Shown here: positions 60,814 through 64,000 of the stretch, one piece after another
Position numbering within the stretch: position 1 is the first letter of the stretch
Layout: each line of letters opens with the position of its first letter
Assembly (NCBI GenBank): GCA_963783385.1
Contig: CAWANJ010000006.1
Location: 64,001 to 128,000, forward strand
Length of the DNA stretch: 64,000 nt
Direction of reading: 5' to 3'
DNA from: an uncultured Gemmatimonadales bacterium
GTDB taxonomy: Bacteria; Gemmatimonadota; Gemmatimonadetes; Palauibacterales; Palauibacteraceae
Notes under the pieces: generated by a model
What the model saw: the letters and a program-made list of their open reading frames with translations, nothing else
The model's database searches: none
Told to the model about the DNA's origin: nothing
Position numbers and translations under genes: made by a program

Positions 60814-61518
60814 CTATTCCGGCTCGTCGGTGCGGACCCAGGCGGCGATCTCCAGCCGGGTGTGCAGGGTGAGCTTCTCCATGATATTGCGTACGTGGCT
60901 CTTCACGGTATGGGGCGAGATGTGAAGCTGCGCGGCGATCTTCTTGTTGGACGATCCCTCCGAGATGAGATCGACCACCTCGCGTTCGCGCGGCGTGAAT
61001 TGCACGTCCTCGACCGCTTCCGGTCCACGGCTGGCGACCGCATCCCGGGCGATCTGAGAGAAGAGCGTGGTGGTCATCGGGGACGGGAGGACGCGAGCAC
61101 CATCCGCGACGGATCGGATGGTGTTCACGAGCTCCTCCAGGGTGGCATCCTTCATGATGAATCCGAACACCCCCGCCTGGATGAAGGCCTGGATGTCCTC
61201 GTGGATCGGAAGCAGGTCCATGACGACGACCCTGGACTCCGGGAGTTCCTGTCCGACCCGCCTGGCCGCACGCAGGCTATCGCCGTTCTCCAGTCCCAGG
61301 TCCAGGAGGACCACGTCCGGCCTTATGTCCTTGAGGCGAGAGACATTGGCGCTCGGCCGCGCCCAGACCAGCCTCAGGTCCGACACTCCACTGAGCAGCC
61401 TCGTCATCCCCTCCAGCACCAGCCGACTGTCCTCGATCAACGCTACGTCGATGACATTGGGCGCCCCAACTCGTGGAGAGAAGCTCGGTGCCGTTTCGCC
61501 CTCGGACGGATGACTCAT
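60814..61518 (-). CDS. NarL/LuxR-family response regulator (no adjacent kinase)
   Basis: Receiver IED...VLLD...GFIMKD; HTH TPREREV...SNKKIA..LHISPHTVKSHVRNIMEKL; start approximate. Confidence 0.9.
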   Translation of the reverse strand: MSHPSEGETAPSFSPRVGAPNVIDVALIEDSRLVLEGMTRLLSGVSDLRLVWARPSANVSRLKDIRPDVVLLDLGLENGDSLRAARRVGQELPESRVVVMDLLPIHEDIQAFIQAGVFGFIMKDATLEELVNTIRSVADGARVLPSPMTTTLFSQIARDAVASRGPEAVEDVQFTPREREVVDLISEGSSNKKIAAQLHISPHTVKSHVRNIMEKLTLHTRLEIAAWVRTDEPE

Positions 61519-61824
61519 CGGAACCGTGCCTAGCTGCACATTCAAGGTCTGCCAACCCTGAAAGATAGCGCTCGGAGTGCCCGGGTGTCCAACCATCGTA
61601 GCCCGGCTGTGGAGCTACGGATCGACCTGCTTGAAGTGGCGGAGCCGGCCCTGGCGCACGTCAATGACCCCGCGGCCGGTCGCACGGCTGTTCAAGGGGG
61701 AGGCCCTACAGGGGAGACCGCGCGTCGCGAAGACGAAGCCGCCCGGAGACGCAAACGCGTTCGCAGGGGCGTCATCGAAAAGGGAAATGTCGCGCTTACT
61801 ACGTCCGCCGCCCCGGAGGAGCGT

Positions 61825-62046
61825 CTACCCTTCGCGCCCGCCCCGCATTCCCACGAAGACGAGTCCGAGGCCGGAGAGCACAGCGAGTCCGGCGATCCAC
61901 GGCTGAATGGGATGCCGTTCCTGGGAGCTGACGGTCACGCCGCCCACGGACATCATGTCGTGGCGCGACATGTAACCACCCCCGAACAGGAAGACGGCAA
62001 TCCCGGCCACGATCAGCACGATTCCGGCTACGGCGGATATGCGCAT
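61825..62046 (-). CDS. Small 2-TM membrane protein
   Basis: GGAGG RBS; GIVLIVAGI...SVGGVTVS..ERHPIQPWIAG. Confidence 0.65.
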   Translation of the reverse strand: MRISAVAGIVLIVAGIAVFLFGGGYMSRHDMMSVGGVTVSSQERHPIQPWIAGLAVLSGLGLVFVGMRGGREG

Positions 62047-62085
62047 GGTTCCTCCCATCCACAGTGCGTGTGCGTGATGCCAGCG

Positions 62086-62577
62086 TTAGCGCGTGGGCGA
62101 TGCGAGATTGCCGCAGGCCACGACCGTTTGCGAATTCGCTGCCGACGCGTAGACGACTACGAAGTAGTCTCCGGTTCGGGGCGTCTCGATCGGAATCGTG
62201 GCCGTCCCGGTCGCGCGACCGTCGGAGTCGACCTGGAGCGGACTGTAGGCCGCCATGGAGCCGAATACGCCCTGGTCCGTCGTGTCTCCACACTGGCCAC
62301 GGTGCATCGCCCACGGATGGCGCCCACCCGCAGTCGCGTTGGCCAGGTCCACCGTGATGATGGTGTGGCTTCCAGTCGAATCAGGGGCCATGGAAGCCGA
62401 CCCGTTCATCTGCACCGCACCGGCCAGAGTGGCAGGGGAGGCGAGATTGGCATGCCAGCGTGAGTTGAGCGTCGCGTCGGCGGCGCTCATCTGGACCGAC
62501 GGCTCATGATGGAAGGGGTTGCACGCAGCGAACGCGAGGACAGTGAGGGGGACCGCCAGCAGCTTGAATGCAGACAT
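62086..62577 (-). CDS. Lipoprotein with a Cu/Zn-SOD/CHRD-like beta fold
   Basis: Lipobox FAAC; HPWAMHRGQCG, Y.PL.V..DG.A, VVACGNL; GGAGG RBS. Confidence 0.7.
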   Translation of the reverse strand: MSAFKLLAVPLTVLAFAACNPFHHEPSVQMSAADATLNSRWHANLASPATLAGAVQMNGSASMAPDSTGSHTIITVDLANATAGGRHPWAMHRGQCGDTTDQGVFGSMAAYSPLQVDSDGRATGTATIPIETPRTGDYFVVVYASAANSQTVVACGNLASPTR

Positions 62578-62719
62578 GATCAGACCTCCGGTTGATGCGG
62601 GTCGCCGCCCAACGTGACTATAGCCACGTGTCGTGTAGCGGCGGGCGGCGGCCCGACCTAAAAAGAATTCTAGTCGGAGCCGCTGCCTGCGGAAATCGCC
62701 CGTTGGGCTGAGATCTGGC

Positions 62720-62737
62720 CTACTCCGAAGGGACTAG
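62720..62737. promoter_or_regulatory. Candidate NarL/LuxR site CTACTCC-N4-GGACTAG
   Basis: 7-4-7 inverted repeat with 1 mismatch, upstream of the lipoprotein-membrane protein-regulator module. Confidence 0.45.
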
Positions 62738-62871
62738 TAGAGCCGGCCCCAGGTATGGCGGCGGCCGAGACGGCCCACAAGAGGCCCACCCACAGGACCA
62801 AGGATGAGGCACTACGGGAAGCTGGCGGCACCGACGACACGACACCGTAGGTGGCGTTGACGTCATTGGAG

Positions 62872-62923
62872 CGGAGGGGGAGGGATTCGAACCCTCAAGC
62901 CCGTGAGGGCGCCGGTTTTCGAG
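62872..62923 (-). mobile_element. 3' half of tRNA-Ser(CGA); likely att site of an integrative element
   Basis: The minus strand carries the anticodon loop CTCGAAA, ACCGG, a long variable arm, the T-arm GAGGG-TTCGAAT-CCCTC and the acceptor 3' strand CCCCTCC-G; the 5' strands (CCGGT, D-arm, GGAGGGG) are absent. Confidence 0.82.
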
Positions 62924-64000
62924 TTGCGTGGATGTAGCTCGGGTCAGCTCCACTGAGCTCCGAACATCTCACGCCTGCTGGCGTTTCGCCGCTCCCCAGC
63001 CCGGGCGGGGCTCGGCTCGCCGCCGCGATCCGGCCCAGGAGGTTCTTGCCCAGTATGGCGGAGGCGCTGAGCGCGCCACCGATCAGGGCGCCGGCGACCC
63101 CACAGGTGGCGGTGTCCTGTCCGGTCAGATAGAGCCCCGGCACCGGTGTTCGAGGTCGCAGCCAGCGCTGCTCGAACCGCCGCGGCGTGTGGGCCAGGCC
63201 GTAGATCTCCCCCCGAGGGTGGTTGCAGAAGTGGCGCGTCGTCAGCGGCGTCGAAAGCTCCCAGGTGTCGATTCTTCCCCTCGTCTGCGGTACGTGCTCG
63301 TACAGGACTTCGAGCAATCGATCCGCCAGCCGGCTCTTGAGCGCGTCGTACTCCTCGCCGCGCTTCTTCCACCGGGTCCCTTCCCACCTGGCGAACGACT
63401 CGTAGGGCATGCCGGAGACGATGTCGATCGTGGCGCGGCCGGGGTGTCGGCGCTCAAAATCGGGATCCTTCGCAGAGGGAAACGAGATGAAGGTGAACGA
63501 GGGGCTCTCGTCCCCGCGCCGCATGGCCGCGAACGTCGCATCGTGATCCTCGTGTGGGTGGATCCACAGGTTGGCCCTGGGGAGCCCGAGCGCATCCGCC
63601 GTACGGTCGAGACCCACGTAGAGGCAGAGATGTGCGATCGAGGGGCGCAGGCCCTCCAGATGGTCCACGACGCCCGACTGCACCGCCGTCTCGTGCGGCA
63701 GCAGGCGACGGAACGTGTTGCGCACGCCGGCGTCGCTCACGATCACGGGCGCGCGGAGAACCGCCCCATCCGCCGCCATCCGCACGCCGACGGCGCGCCC
63801 GGCCTCCACCACGATCTCGGACACGTCCGCTCTGATGAGCACGCGGCCGCCCGCTTCGGCGATAACCGGGACGACCGTCTCCGCAATACGCCCCGCACCT
63901 CCGACGGGATAGAAGCCGCCTTCCATGTAGTGGCCCACCACCATGGCGTGGATCCCGAAGCTGCTCTGGCCCGGCGGTAAGCCGAAGTCTCCCCACTGGG
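62895..64000 (-). CDS. Phytoene desaturase/retinol saturase-like FAD oxidoreductase (5' part outside the window)
   Basis: HYMEGGFYPVGG, VIVSDAG, FISFPSAKDP, ELSTPLTT, GEIYGL, TPVPGLYLTGQD...GVAGAL. Confidence 0.88.
   Translation of the reverse strand, partial: QWGDFGLPPGQSSFGIHAMVVGHYMEGGFYPVGGAGRIAETVVPVIAEAGGRVLIRADVSEIVVEAGRAVGVRMAADGAVLRAPVIVSDAGVRNTFRRLLPHETAVQSGVVDHLEGLRPSIAHLCLYVGLDRTADALGLPRANLWIHPHEDHDATFAAMRRGDESPSFTFISFPSAKDPDFERRHPGRATIDIVSGMPYESFARWEGTRWKKRGEEYDALKSRLADRLLEVLYEHVPQTRGRIDTWELSTPLTTRHFCNHPRGEIYGLAHTPRRFEQRWLRPRTPVPGLYLTGQDTATCGVAGALIGGALSASAILGKNLLGRIAAASRAPPGLGSGETPAGVRCSELSGADPSYIHATRKPAPSRA
62936..62960. repeat. Three AGCTC pentamers at exact 10-bp spacing
   Basis: AGCTC at 62936, 62946 and 62956, next to the tRNA fragment. 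Confidence 0.55.

Noticed and set aside
61520-61820. Coding region between the LuxR gene and the small membrane protein
   Set aside because: The candidate ORFs have no recognisable motifs, RBS or typical codon bias
62867-62962. Intact tRNA-Ser gene
   Set aside because: The 5' acceptor strand, D-arm and 5' anticodon stem do not pair with the 3' half; it is a fragment only

Overview
A very GC-rich bacterial chromosome segment with about 55 genes. The gene repertoire (PadR with an ADOP-type permease, 6-bladed propeller lipoprotein, PD40-BamA fusion, BNR hydrolase, 'RYRIERELG'-type Ser/Thr kinases) resembles Gemmatimonadota; this is an inference. Housekeeping genes (pyrE, nfuA, rlpA, metE, panE, ppc) are mixed with transport, regulatory and envelope modules. 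About 14 frameshifts break otherwise intact genes and most likely reflect long-read errors. Highlights: (1) a possible split receptor-kinase system, in which the same 3-TM module begins a kinase-less TPR ectodomain protein and ends an ectodomain-less Ser/Thr kinase; (2) a eukaryote-like sphingolipid delta-4 desaturase flanked by a GT1 glycosyltransferase and a PhyH-cupin-cupin dioxygenase; (3) three stubs of Ser/Thr kinase N-termini spaced between genes at 57-60 kb; (4) a 3'-half tRNA-Ser(CGA) att-like site flanked by helically phased repeats; (5) several clear operators, including a Fur box before an FTR1 permease. No CRISPR array, rRNA or intact tRNA was seen. All family assignments come from motif recognition by eye, not from database searches.
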